Origin: Longimicrobiales bacterium
GTDB lineage: Bacteria; Gemmatimonadota; Gemmatimonadetes; Longimicrobiales; Gaopeijiaceae
Assembly: GCA_965219445.1 (NCBI GenBank)
Contig: CBDCNQ010000002.1
Span: 752,830 to 816,829, forward strand
DNA: 64,000 nt
Reading direction: 5' to 3'
The position numbers and the translations under genes are program-made. This document shows positions 54,270 through 64,000 of this stretch, one piece after another (within the stretch, counting starts at the first letter, position 1; each line of letters opens with the position of its first letter). The notes beneath the pieces are model-generated. The model did no database searches, was not told where the DNA came from, and saw nothing but the letters and a program-made list of their open reading frames with translations.

Positions 54270-57200
54270 TTAGGAATCCTCCTCACTCCCAATTCGCTCG
54301 ATATCCGTCCAGGGCCGAAGCTGCAGGCGGATCACGGTACCCTCCCAACGGTCCACTTCCGCGGCCACCGTACCCTCCCACGATTCCACTAGCTTGCGAA
54401 CGATGGCAAGGCCGAGTCCAGTACCGGTCGAACGGGTACTGAACTGCGGCTCGAAGATCCTTCCCATGAGGTCGACCGGTATGCCCGCGCCGTTATCCCG
54501 GACCCGAACTTCCACCGCGGTCGCCACCGACACCGCTTCGATGACCACGCTTCCCTCCCCCTCGATCGCAGCCCGCGCATTCTCGAGCAGATTGCTCAAG
54601 ACTTCCTTGAGCTCGGTCTCACGCGCGCTGATAAGAGGCAGATCCTCCGGGATGTCGGCGGCGAAGTCGATGGGACCGCCCTGGCCTCCCCGATACAGCG
54701 TGAGCACCTCCCGTGCCACGGCACCCACGTCCACGGGCTCGAGCGGGACCTCGCCGGCGGCGCCGGGTGCACCGAATCGTGAAAACCCGCTCGCGATTTC
54801 GGCAAGGCGGTCTATCTCACTCAGGATGGCCCCGACGTTTCGCTCCAGGACCGTCTCGAACTCCCCCTTCTGATCCTTCCAAGCCCGTTGGATGTGCTGC
54901 ACGCTCAGCTTGATCGGTGTGAGTGGATTCTTCACTTCGTGCGCGACTTGCTGCGCCATCTCACCCCAGGCGAGAATCCGCTCGGACCGCAGTTCATCGG
55001 TGATGTCCTCGAGGGAAAGCACGATTCCCCCGGGTTCCTGCCGTGAGACCTCGCGGGCGCGTACCCTGATGCGACGCTCACCCCATTGAAACTCGACCGT
55101 AGCTTCGCGAAGGCCGTCCCGTAGGCAGCCCTCGACCCACTCGACGAACTCGCCCCTCGAGCCCTCGAATCGGGGCATGGGCTCGCCCACCTCTATCCGC
55201 CCCTCAAGCACGGCCTGAGCCCTCGCATTCACCAGAATGACGCGGCCCAGAGCATCGAGTGCCACGACGCCCGTCGCGGCGTCCTCGACGATCGCCTCTG
55301 TACGCCTCGTCGTTCTGACGAGGGCTCGACGCGCTCGTTGGAGACGAAGCACCATGCGGTTGAAGGCGGTGAAGACGGACCCGAATTCATCCACCTGGTC
55401 ACTGGGTAACTGTAGCTTGAGGTCGCCCCCACCGACCCTCTCGGACGCCACCTGGAGAGTGCGAATGGGGCTCGTGAGGGTTCGAGCCACGAGGAACGCG
55501 AGAACCAGGGACAGCCCCGCCCCGAGCAGCACGACGAAGGCGACGAGTTCGGCGATCTCACGCTCCCTCAAAGTGGTCGCACCAGCCTGGAGCGGCACTT
55601 GCGTCGCCACCACGTCCCCGTCCGGAAGCCTTCGGAAGGCCAACAAATATTCGCGCCGGCCGAGGCTCCCAAGCGTGGTCTCGAGGAGCTCTTCGCGGCT
55701 CTCGATGCGCTGATTCAACTCGAAAGGAATCAACCCATCGTACAGGCCGAGTTCCACGAGGTCGTCCACGGACCCACCCCGCAACTCTCCCGCTCGATAC
55801 TCCAAAAGGTCCGCGCCCACACGACCGGAGAGCAGCGTCATCGAGCCTTGCACGTCGCGGTAGAAGGCCGCTGCGTCTGCCGCTACCCGTCCCGCGATCG
55901 CGGCTGCCGTTCTCACGGTGGCTGCGTTCAGCGTCCGGAAGGCGACGGTGCTGAAGAGGGCGGCCGACACGAGAAAAAACCCGAAGAGCGCAAGGGTCAC
56001 TTTGGCTCTAAAGGACGAGAACGGATTCCTCCAAGTTCGGACCGTGGGGCGCCGCCCGACGAGCACATACTGGCCCAGAGTCCACAGGAGAAGAATCACC
56101 AAACTGTTGGCAAGCACGAGGAGCGTCCCCCGAGCCACGGCCAGAAGCGGCCTCGGGAGATCCAGGGCGTACTTCGCGTCGACCGCTCCGTCTGGGTAGG
56201 GCACGCCGACGGTGGCTTCCCATCCCTCGGCGGTGCGTCGCCAGAATGTCTCTTCTGAAAACGTCGCCTCATCACCTTCCAGAACCGGAACCATGGTGAG
56301 CGGGCTTTCGCTCAGGGTGGTCAAGCCGCCGAAGATCGGGCCGAAGGGTGAGGAGTTCGAGAGTTCCCTCCGAGCCGGCAAAACACCCGTGACCACACGC
56401 CCTTCGGCGAGCGGAACCTGAACCACGTAGTTCGCGTCACCGAGGCCGAGACGCCTGACGAAGGCGGGCTCACCTTGTCGGACCTCCTCGAGGAAATCGT
56501 CAGCGGGGCCGGGGCGTCCACCCTCCACACCGATGGTGATCTCGAATTCCGGAAGATCGCCGGAGGACCAGAGCGTGAGCCACACACCGGTTCCCTCCTC
56601 GGCCAACCCGCTCGTGATCCAACTCTCGTAAAGCAGCTCCCCCGACTCCGCGCCCGCCGCATCAAGCGAGTCGGCCGTATCCACGAAGCGATGAAGCACG
56701 TACTCGAGGTAGGGATCCGCGGGAACACCCAGGCGTGATAGTTGAAGCTCGGCCTCATCCATACGGGCGTCGATGCGGGCTCCCCAAGCGATCACGACAG
56801 CCGCGGAGGACCCGATCGCCGCCGCAGCGAACCAGGCCATCCAGTCGCGGCGAGCCCCTCCGAGGCATGACAGCCCGTACGCAGCCAGGAGCGCCGGGAA
56901 GGCCCACGCTCCAGCAACCCATCCGGGGATCGTTCCCGCCATCCGTACCCAAAAGGCTCCCGCCAGGCAGAGCGCCACCAGGGCTACGAATGCCAACGTG
57001 AGAGGGATCCGGGGAGGGGCTCCTCCATCGGTGCGCTCTCCCACTCGAAACGCACTGAGACAAATGAGTGTAAGTATAATAGCCAAAACCATTTGATAGA
57101 CGACCCATTTCGCTTCTGGACCCGCCAGTAGTACCGGACCCGCACCGCCCAAGATCAGCATCGATAGGAGTGGGAAGCCGATCAGCACCGCGAGGCCCGA

Positions 57201-58340
57201 GACCAGAGACCGGAACCGGATCGCCGGGGGCATATGGGCGGCTAGCACCACGCAAAAGGCCACCACAAGGAGGAGTACTCGCTCGAACGTCACAGGAACG
57301 GGTCCGGGCAATACGAAATCGGCCGCTGTGAAGAGAGGCGCCGAACCCGTGGCGGCTCCCACAGGAGCCAGAAGGGCCAGCCCCAGGGGGGTGAGCGCCG
57401 CAGCCGCACGGTCGCTCTTTTCGGACCCGGCGGTGAAAGCGAGCACCAACCAGGCGATGACCGCCAATAAACCCACGATCCGCGACCAAGTGGATCGGAC
57501 CTCTCTCAGACGTTCCTCCTGCGTGGGCCGGACGACCGCAACGCTGAAGAGGGCCTCGTCTTCCCAACGCAGGTCGAACACATCCTCGCCCGACGTCCTC
57601 TCGGCGCGGAAGATCCGGAGGTCCTCACCCACACCATCCCGGAAATCTGTCACGAAGTCACCGGGATCTTCTTCCAGATTCCGGGGCAGGTTCGCCTTGA
57701 TGAGCGCCGCAGCCATTGCGGTCCCGCCACCCGGGATCGGAGCCGCGAAGTACAGGTAGCTGAACAGGGGGCGATCGCGGTATAGATACGGGACATCCCC
57801 CATCCTCAGCTCCTGGGGTACGACACCACGGTGTACCCCGTCCCACACACGGAACCCGCCGTCCGGACCGTATATCGTGGCGAGGGTCATTCCGGTCTCC
57901 TGGCGGATGTCCCGAAGTCCGTCCAGAACGGTTGTATTCGTCCCGCCAGACTCCAGATTTCCAATACGCGCCACGGCTTCTTCGCCCATAGCCAGGAGGC
58001 GCTGGAGACGTTCGTCGAGTGCTTCTTCCGCCCGGGCGCTTCGGGAGCCCCAATAGGCATCGAAGTCCTGTGAGATTCGGCGCAGGGCGAGGTGCCCGGA
58101 GGAACCGGCCATTGCACCGGCGAGGACGATGGCACTCGAAAGTGCGCGAGCACGCCCGCCACGGGGACGGGCGGCGAGGACTACCAGTGCGGACACGCTG
58201 GCGAACACGAGCAGAAGGACCGCCGGCCAACGTGTCCAGGCGGCCAGGCCCAGAACGCCGAGCCAGGGCGCGAGACGAGTAAGGGTGCCCCGGAGACGGG
58301 AGGGAACCAATGAGTCCCGAGATCGATCCAGAGCGGTCAT
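54270..58340 (-). CDS. Very large multi-TM sensor histidine kinase (NtrY-like; HAMP-PAS-HisKA-HATPase)
   Basis: Many TM segments; DEFGSVFTAFNRM HAMP; AWGEMAQQVAHEVKNPLTPIKL H-box; NLLENA, DNGAG, GTGLGL; start uncertain. Confidence 0.9.
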   Translation of the reverse strand: MTALDRSRDSLVPSRLRGTLTRLAPWLGVLGLAAWTRWPAVLLLVFASVSALVVLAARPRGGRARALSSAIVLAGAMAGSSGHLALRRISQDFDAYWGSRSARAEEALDERLQRLLAMGEEAVARIGNLESGGTNTTVLDGLRDIRQETGMTLATIYGPDGGFRVWDGVHRGVVPQELRMGDVPYLYRDRPLFSYLYFAAPIPGGGTAMAAALIKANLPRNLEEDPGDFVTDFRDGVGEDLRIFRAERTSGEDVFDLRWEDEALFSVAVVRPTQEERLREVRSTWSRIVGLLAVIAWLVLAFTAGSEKSDRAAAALTPLGLALLAPVGAATGSAPLFTAADFVLPGPVPVTFERVLLLVVAFCVVLAAHMPPAIRFRSLVSGLAVLIGFPLLSMLILGGAGPVLLAGPEAKWVVYQMVLAIILTLICLSAFRVGERTDGGAPPRIPLTLAFVALVALCLAGAFWVRMAGTIPGWVAGAWAFPALLAAYGLSCLGGARRDWMAWFAAAAIGSSAAVVIAWGARIDARMDEAELQLSRLGVPADPYLEYVLHRFVDTADSLDAAGAESGELLYESWITSGLAEEGTGVWLTLWSSGDLPEFEITIGVEGGRPGPADDFLEEVRQGEPAFVRRLGLGDANYVVQVPLAEGRVVTGVLPARRELSNSSPFGPIFGGLTTLSESPLTMVPVLEGDEATFSEETFWRRTAEGWEATVGVPYPDGAVDAKYALDLPRPLLAVARGTLLVLANSLVILLLWTLGQYVLVGRRPTVRTWRNPFSSFRAKVTLALFGFFLVSAALFSTVAFRTLNAATVRTAAAIAGRVAADAAAFYRDVQGSMTLLSGRVGADLLEYRAGELRGGSVDDLVELGLYDGLIPFELNQRIESREELLETTLGSLGRREYLLAFRRLPDGDVVATQVPLQAGATTLREREIAELVAFVVLLGAGLSLVLAFLVARTLTSPIRTLQVASERVGGGDLKLQLPSDQVDEFGSVFTAFNRMVLRLQRARRALVRTTRRTEAIVEDAATGVVALDALGRVILVNARAQAVLEGRIEVGEPMPRFEGSRGEFVEWVEGCLRDGLREATVEFQWGERRIRVRAREVSRQEPGGIVLSLEDITDELRSERILAWGEMAQQVAHEVKNPLTPIKLSVQHIQRAWKDQKGEFETVLERNVGAILSEIDRLAEIASGFSRFGAPGAAGEVPLEPVDVGAVAREVLTLYRGGQGGPIDFAADIPEDLPLISARETELKEVLSNLLENARAAIEGEGSVVIEAVSVATAVEVRVRDNGAGIPVDLMGRIFEPQFSTRSTGTGLGLAIVRKLVESWEGTVAAEVDRWEGTVIRLQLRPWTDIERIGSEEDS

Positions 58341-58577
58341 TGAGGCTGAGCCACCTTCCCTGGCCCGAAGTCCGTCACCTGCTCAGTAGTGATCCTGCCG
58401 CATGCGCCATCCTCGGGAAAGTACGTCGAGGGTCGAGTCACCACACCTCCTCCTGGCTTCCAGGGTGTCGTGGGCCGTCCCACGCTAGCGACCGCCGAGA
58501 AGGGCGCCGCCATTTATCACCGGTACATCAGCGTCGTGGAGGAGGCGTTGGCGCAGCCTTCCCCGTCGGATGCCTGA
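58340..58577 (+). pseudogene. Creatininase-family gene remnant (N- and C-termini only)
   Basis: LRLSHLPWPEVRHLL (typical N-terminus) followed in another frame by GVVGRPTLATAEKGAAIY (typical C-terminal motif); catalytic core absent. Confidence 0.7.
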
Positions 58578-58623
58578 CCCATACCACAGAACGATCTACC
58601 GAGATCCGGTGTACTCTTGGTCC

Positions 58624-59364
58624 ATGCGTTTCTCAACCACCCTGTATTCCCTACTCCTCGCCCTGCCGAGCGGCCTTGGCGTCGCCGGATTCGGATTCCT
58701 CCCGGAGGCGGTGGCGGCCCAGGCGGTCGAAGTAGACGTTGGCACGTTCATCGTCGAATTGGGCGGCCGAGTAGTTGGAACGGAGACATTTCGAATTCGC
58801 CGGTCCGGGTTCGGTGACAACACCCGAACCATCGCCCAAGGCACGCTCGAGATCGTTCAGGACGGGTCGAGACAAACCTTTCAGTCCGCCCTCGGCACTC
58901 TCGGGGTCGGGATGTCCCTCGACGCGTACCAGGTCAACGTGTCCGCTCCGTCTGAACTCTCGATTCGACTGGAACGCCGCGGAAACCGGATGGTCTCGTC
59001 GACGTCGTCCAAAGCCGGAGCGGAGGAGCGCGAGTATCTCCAGACTCAACAGCAGACGCCAACCGTGGTGTTGGATCGATTTTTCGCCCATCACTACTTC
59101 TTCGTCGCGCCTTACCAGAGTCCGGGGGAGTTTAGGATTTCGTCCATTCTCCCGAGGGCGGGAGTTCAGTCGAAAGGCACGCTGCGCATGATGACGGTAG
59201 AGAGGGTCAATATTGGGGGGGCCACCATCGCGGCCCAGCGTCTAGAATTACGCCTTGATGGAGCCGTGCATGATATCTGGCTCGACGGGCAAAACAGGGT
59301 TCTACGCGTTCAGATTCCGTCGCAAAACTACCTCGCTGTGCGCCGGGACCCACCCCCGAGTTAG
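58624..59364 (+). CDS. Hypothetical secreted beta-rich protein
   Basis: Signal peptide ending AVAAQ; VVGTETFRI...IWLDGQNRVLRV. Confidence 0.7.
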   Translation: MRFSTTLYSLLLALPSGLGVAGFGFLPEAVAAQAVEVDVGTFIVELGGRVVGTETFRIRRSGFGDNTRTIAQGTLEIVQDGSRQTFQSALGTLGVGMSLDAYQVNVSAPSELSIRLERRGNRMVSSTSSKAGAEEREYLQTQQQTPTVVLDRFFAHHYFFVAPYQSPGEFRISSILPRAGVQSKGTLRMMTVERVNIGGATIAAQRLELRLDGAVHDIWLDGQNRVLRVQIPSQNYLAVRRDPPPS

Positions 59365-59414
59365 CTCCCGTGCCGGTAACGACGAGAACCCGCTAGGCGT
59401 CCGCGGGTAGGGCG

Positions 59415-59442
59415 TGAAGCATCTCGACAACGGATTACGTAA
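59415..59442 (+). promoter_or_regulatory. Possible ECF-sigma promoter of the efflux operon
   Basis: TGAAGC-N17-CGTAA, similar to the SigW-type TGAAAC...CGTA consensus. Confidence 0.35.
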
Positions 59443-59488
59443 GTGGGCGGGAGGAGTATGTCACGGCGAACTCTAACGGAGATGTCCC

Positions 59489-60994
59489 TTGTTGACTCGA
59501 TCGCTCCAAAACGTGGCCCTGGCACTAGGATTCTTGTTCCTGCCGCCAGGAACCGAGGCCCAGGACGTCGTACCCGTCTCCCTCACGTTGGAAGAAGCGA
59601 TAGACATCGCCCGCCGGAACAATCCGGGGCTTCAGGCCGTCCGCAACGATGAGGACCTTGCGAACTGGAATGTAAGATCAGCCTACGGAGCCCTATTTCC
59701 ATCTGCGTCGGCGAGCGGTGGGGTCACCTGGCAAGGTGCGGGAGAACAGACCTTCGGGAGTCTGACCGCTGAGCAGTTGGGATTTGCGAACCTACCCTCG
59801 TTCCTGTTTTCTAACTACAGCCTCGGCCTCGAGTACGAACTCAACGGCAGTAAGCTGATGGCCCCGGGACAGGCGAAGGCGGATCGAGTGGCAACCCTGG
59901 CCCAGTTGGCCGACGCGGAGGCGAATCTCATCTTCCAGGTCACGCAGGGCTACATCGACGTTCTGCGCCAGACCGAACAATTGCGGGTCTCTGAACAACA
60001 GCTGGAACGGGCAACGTTCAACCTTCGCCTAGCGGCAGCACAGCTCGCGGTCGGGAGCGCGACCGGAGTGGACGTGGCTCAGGCCGAAGTGGCCGTGGGG
60101 CGAGCTGAAGTCACGGTCCTACAGACCGCCAATGCGCTCGAAACCGCCCGGATCAGACTCTTGCAGCAAATGGGAGTCGACCTCGACTCACCTTTCGTGC
60201 CAACCACACCCTTCGAGCTCTCGGAGCCCCTTTGGGATCGTGAAGAGCTTTACCAGATGGGATTGGAGAATAACCCCAACCTCAGGTCTCTCCGCGCGAG
60301 TCGCTCGTCGAGCAGTTACGGGGTGAAAATGGCAAAGAGCTCCTACTTTCCGTCGATGAACCTGAGTGCGCGGACGAGCGGATTTACACGGCAGGCCTCG
60401 AGTTCCGCGCTCGAGGTCCAGCAGGGGGAGTTCCGGGCCCAGAGCTCCATTCAGAATTGCCTGTTCTTCAACGATCTTTTTTCCCGGCTGGCCGACCCGC
60501 TTCCCTCTCAGGATTGCTCGCAACTTCAGTTCACCGATGCGGACGCACGGCAGATAGAGCGTCAAAATCGCGGCTTCCCGTTCAGCTTTACGGACCAACC
60601 GCCGATTGCGAGCATTTCGATAAGCCTTCCTATCTTCCAGGGCCTCAGCCGGCAACGCCAGGTCACGGAGGCTCAGGTCCTGCTCGACGACCTCGATCTC
60701 GGCCTGAGGGAAGAGGAGCTGGCGCTCCGGGCGGACATCGCCACCACCCTTGCCACAGTTCGAACTGCCTACCAGGCCGCGCTGATCGAAGAACAGAACC
60801 AGACGGTGGCTGACGAACAACTCCGTCTGGCGAGAGAGCGCTTCACTGTCGGGCTCGCCGACTTTCTCGAGCTCCTCGAAGCGGAAACCCTGAAGGTCGA
60901 AGCCGATCGGGAACAGATCGCCGCGATCTTCGCGTACCACGACTTCCTCGCAAACCTGGAGGCAGTAGTGGGAAACTCCCTCCGCACACCCTGA
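59489..60994 (+). CDS. TolC-family outer membrane efflux protein
   Basis: Signal peptide; LTLEEAIDIARRNNP, two OEP repeats, ARERFTVGLADFLEL. Confidence 0.92.
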   Translation: MLTRSLQNVALALGFLFLPPGTEAQDVVPVSLTLEEAIDIARRNNPGLQAVRNDEDLANWNVRSAYGALFPSASASGGVTWQGAGEQTFGSLTAEQLGFANLPSFLFSNYSLGLEYELNGSKLMAPGQAKADRVATLAQLADAEANLIFQVTQGYIDVLRQTEQLRVSEQQLERATFNLRLAAAQLAVGSATGVDVAQAEVAVGRAEVTVLQTANALETARIRLLQQMGVDLDSPFVPTTPFELSEPLWDREELYQMGLENNPNLRSLRASRSSSSYGVKMAKSSYFPSMNLSARTSGFTRQASSSALEVQQGEFRAQSSIQNCLFFNDLFSRLADPLPSQDCSQLQFTDADARQIERQNRGFPFSFTDQPPIASISISLPIFQGLSRQRQVTEAQVLLDDLDLGLREEELALRADIATTLATVRTAYQAALIEEQNQTVADEQLRLARERFTVGLADFLELLEAETLKVEADREQIAAIFAYHDFLANLEAVVGNSLRTP

Positions 60995-61010
60995 GGCTAC
61001 CCGTAGATCC

Positions 61011-62345
61011 ATGACCGCCGACAATTCCATGAGCGCCAAAACCAAAGTTTTGATCGGGATCGTGATCGTCGCTGTAATCGGTGGAGCCGCCACCCTGATC
61101 GTTACTCAGAGACGGGACCGAGGCGCTGCCGTTCGGCTGGACGTCGTGGCCCGCAGGGACCTCGTCGAAACCGTCACGGCCAGCGGAAACATTCGGGCAG
61201 GACGGGTAGTGGATATCAGCTCCGAAGTGTCGGCTCGCGTAACCGAATTGCTCGTCCAGGAGGGTGACGACGTCACGGCCGGGGAACTCCTATTGCGGCT
61301 CGACCCGACCCAGTTCGAGGCCTCGGTGTCGCGGAGCGAGGCATCGTTGAACCAGTCCCGCGCCCAGGTGCGTCAACAGGAAGCGAATGTGGAGCGGGTC
61401 AACAGGGATTTCCAACGGCTGAGAGACCTGTTCAACAGTGATTCGCTTCTGGTCGCACCGCAGCAACTCGATGACGCGGAAACGGAAGTGGAATTGGCCT
61501 CCCGCCAGCTCGAATCGCTCCGGTTCGGGGTCGATCAGGCGGTCGCTTCACTGGATGAGGCGAATGAGCTGCTGAGCAAAACCGTTTCCCGGGCTCCTAT
61601 CTCGGGAAAAGTGACCCGGCTAAACGTGGAGGAGGGAGAGACCGTCATCGTCGGCACCATGAACAACCCCGGCACTGTGGTTCTGACGATCAGTGAGCTC
61701 TCACGGGTCGAAGCGGTCCTCGAGGTGGACGAGACGGATATTCCGTATATCGCCTTCGGCGACAGTACGATCCTGGAATTGGACGCCTTTCCAGACCGGC
61801 TCTTCAGCGGCGTCGTGACGGAGATCGGAAACAGCGCGATCCGACCCCCGGCGTCCACAGCCGGGAGTGGCCAAGCGGCTGCCATTGACTTCGAGGTGGT
61901 GATCACCATGTCCGATCCCCCGGGGGGGATTCGACCGGACCTCTCGGTCACAGCAGACATCGTCACGGCGACGAGAACGAATGCCCTTTCAGTGCCGATC
62001 ATCGCACTGACGGTTCGACCCGAGGAAGCGGAGGAGGGGGACGAGGAGAAGGAGGAGGGCGCTAACACCAGAGGCAACCAGCGAGAGCAGGAAGACGGCT
62101 TATCGCGGGGTCCACTCTCACGCCTGGAAGTCAACGACATAGAGGGCGTGTTCTTGGTCGACGACGGACGGGTCAGATTCACCCCCGTTGATGTCGGTAT
62201 CACCGGCCAAGAGCATTTCGAGGTACTCACCGGCGTAAGCGAGGGAGACACGATCGTGGCGGGTCCCTACCAACAGATCCGTAATCTCACGAACGGGGGC
62301 CGGGTGCGGGAGGAAGAGGACGATGCCGATGAGTCATCCAACTGA
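61011..62345 (+). CDS. Efflux periplasmic adaptor (MacA/HlyD-like MFP)
   Basis: N-terminal TM; VTASG, VQEGDDV lipoyl half-motifs, RAPISGKV, VDETDI. Confidence 0.92.
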   Translation: MTADNSMSAKTKVLIGIVIVAVIGGAATLIVTQRRDRGAAVRLDVVARRDLVETVTASGNIRAGRVVDISSEVSARVTELLVQEGDDVTAGELLLRLDPTQFEASVSRSEASLNQSRAQVRQQEANVERVNRDFQRLRDLFNSDSLLVAPQQLDDAETEVELASRQLESLRFGVDQAVASLDEANELLSKTVSRAPISGKVTRLNVEEGETVIVGTMNNPGTVVLTISELSRVEAVLEVDETDIPYIAFGDSTILELDAFPDRLFSGVVTEIGNSAIRPPASTAGSGQAAAIDFEVVITMSDPPGGIRPDLSVTADIVTATRTNALSVPIIALTVRPEEAEEGDEEKEEGANTRGNQREQEDGLSRGPLSRLEVNDIEGVFLVDDGRVRFTPVDVGITGQEHFEVLTGVSEGDTIVAGPYQQIRNLTNGGRVREEEDDADESSN

Positions 62346-62373
62346 CGAAGCCCACGGATTCTAGGAAGAACTC

Positions 62374-63612
62374 ATGCAGTTAGCCGAAGGAATCCGGCTG
62401 GCCCTCCAGCAGATCTGGACTGAGAAGCTGAAGAGTTTCTTCAGTCTGCTCGGCGTGATCGTCGGGGTCATGTTCCTCATCGTCGTGGTCAGCATCGTCG
62501 AGGGGATGGATCGCTATATCCGAGAAGACCTCTCGTCCGTCGTGTTCGGGGTGAACACCGTCACCCTCAGTAGATTGTCGGAAGGACCGAACGTTGAAGG
62601 CTCGAGTAATCGGGCCCGGCAGCGCCGTCCTCGGATTACCTACGAGGACTGGGAAGCGGTGAGGGACCAGATCACAGTCGCAGCTAGTGTCGGCGCAGAG
62701 AGCGACACAGGTGGCGAGATCGTCGCCGACAACGGTAAGGCCGTCGAGAACGTTTGGATTTCCGCCGTCTCGCCCGAGATCATAGCGATTCGCGACTGGG
62801 ACGTCGAACGGGGTCGCACGTTTTCTCCTTTGGAGGCCGAGCGTGGCACCGCGGTCGTCGTGCTCGGCACGGAGACCGCGGACCTCCTCTTCGAAAATCT
62901 CGATCCCATCGGCCGGCGGGTACGTATTCGCGGATTCCCATATCGCGTGGTGGGCGTTCTCGAGGAGCAAGGCAGTCTGTTCGGGCAATCTCTCGACAAC
63001 CGGGCCATCGCGCCCGCCCGGTCACCGATTCAGGCAGTGACGAACGCTCGTGGTATCGTGGACCAAGTGGTAGCACAGTCTCAGGATCCAGCTGGCCTGC
63101 CGACGCTCCAGAGGCAAATGGAGGGCATCATGCGGGCGCGAAGGCGTCTACGCCCCGCCGATGAGAACAATTTTTCGATCGAGACGGCCGAGGACACCCT
63201 GAGCTTCTGGGACAATATCTCCAGGATCCTGTTCTTGGCCCTTCCCGGGTTGGTGGCGATATCGCTGGTCGTAGGCGGCATCGTCATCATGAACATCATG
63301 CTCGTTTCGGTGATGGAGCGAACGCGGGAAATCGGAGTACGGAAGGCACTCGGCGCCCGACGTCGGGACATCCTGAGCCAGGTCCTCATCGAAAGTGTCA
63401 CACTCTCGGGGGTCGGAGCGGCCCTGGGCGTGGCGGTCGGTGTGGGACTAACCTACCTGGTGAGGGTGCTTTCCCCGCTCCCGGCCGCGGTCGATGCGAA
63501 GTGGATCGCCCTGGGTGTGTCGCTCGGTGTACTCGTGGGCGTGATATCTGGCGTTTACCCGGCCGCACGGGCTTCAAAGCTCGCCCCCGTCGACGCCCTG
63601 AGGCACGAGTAG
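62374..63612 (+). CDS. ABC transporter permease (MacB/FtsX-like)
   Basis: KLKSFFSLLGVIVGV; ISLVVGGIVIMNIMLVSVMERTREIGVRKALGA; PVDALRHE. Confidence 0.94.
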   Translation: MQLAEGIRLALQQIWTEKLKSFFSLLGVIVGVMFLIVVVSIVEGMDRYIREDLSSVVFGVNTVTLSRLSEGPNVEGSSNRARQRRPRITYEDWEAVRDQITVAASVGAESDTGGEIVADNGKAVENVWISAVSPEIIAIRDWDVERGRTFSPLEAERGTAVVVLGTETADLLFENLDPIGRRVRIRGFPYRVVGVLEEQGSLFGQSLDNRAIAPARSPIQAVTNARGIVDQVVAQSQDPAGLPTLQRQMEGIMRARRRLRPADENNFSIETAEDTLSFWDNISRILFLALPGLVAISLVVGGIVIMNIMLVSVMERTREIGVRKALGARRRDILSQVLIESVTLSGVGAALGVAVGVGLTYLVRVLSPLPAAVDAKWIALGVSLGVLVGVISGVYPAARASKLAPVDALRHE

Positions 63613-63613
63613 A

Positions 63614-64000
63614 ATGCGTCGCCTCACCATGCTCGAGGAAGGCGTCAGAATCGGGCTCGACTCGATCCGAGGAAACAAGCTCCGCTCGGGACTGACCATC
63701 CTCGGTGTGTCGATCGGTGTCGGTGTGATCGTGATGATTGCGGCGCTCGTGACCGGAATTCGATCGTCGATCATGGATGGCTTCGAGGCGGCGGGTCCGG
63801 ACAACTTCGCGGTGATGCGCTTTGATTTTTCGGCGGTTCGCCTCGCGATCGGGAGCTCGCGTCCTCCCTGGTGGAACAAGCCCCGCATCGAGCCCGACGA
63901 GGCCGAACGCCTGGCCCGCCTCCCTGCAGTCCGAGAGGCACTGTACAGCTTCGACTTCCGCGCGACCATGGCGGCAAAGGGACGGCGGGTGACTGAGGTG
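63614..64000 (+). CDS. Second MacB-like ABC permease, partial; runs off the right edge
   Basis: Manual translation MRRLTMLEEGVRIGLDSIRGNKLRSGLTILGVSIGVGVIVMIAAL. Confidence 0.88.
   Translation, partial: MRRLTMLEEGVRIGLDSIRGNKLRSGLTILGVSIGVGVIVMIAALVTGIRSSIMDGFEAAGPDNFAVMRFDFSAVRLAIGSSRPPWWNKPRIEPDEAERLARLPAVREALYSFDFRATMAAKGRRVTEV

Noticed and set aside
59384..59408. Hairpin ACCCGC...GCGGGT as an intrinsic terminator
   Set aside because: No U-tract on either strand

Overview
GC-rich bacterial chromosomal segment made up mostly of core housekeeping genes. The gene content is FCB-superphylum-like and most consistent with Gemmatimonadota (inference): rplM-rpsI-rpsB-tsf are contiguous, the RpoD-family sigma factor is short, the histidine kinase has an HQLGTP H-box, and there is a GlmU-like NTP_transf_4 protein and a remnant of a Gemmatimonadota-type Ser/Thr kinase. 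Minus-strand clusters: rimP-nusA-L7Ae-infB-DUF503-rbfA-truB-ribF-rpsO-pnp; murA; lipoprotein-serS-HK-pcrA-gatCAB; lepB-sigma; rplM-rpsI-rpsB-tsf-pyrH-frr-uppS-cdsA-dxr-rseP; mscS-thpR-hyp-ntrX-like; amidase-comM; large NtrY-like kinase. Plus-strand clusters: PII-like/cation:proton antiporter/DUF948/Zn-phospholipase C-like; response regulator-manC-glmU-like-MBL hydrolase; a split pntAA...pntAB-pntB; TolC-MFP-MacB-like permeases. I saw no rRNA, tRNA, CRISPR array, transposase or integrase. Most notable: a probably leaderless PII-like gene next to an antiporter (candidate transporter/regulator module), a switchable attenuator ahead of rimP-nusA, three genes eroded by internal deletions, repeated short tandem duplications at gene ends and starts, and single-base departures in conserved motifs of essential genes, some of which look like base-call errors. 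All family assignments come from motif recognition by eye, not database searches.
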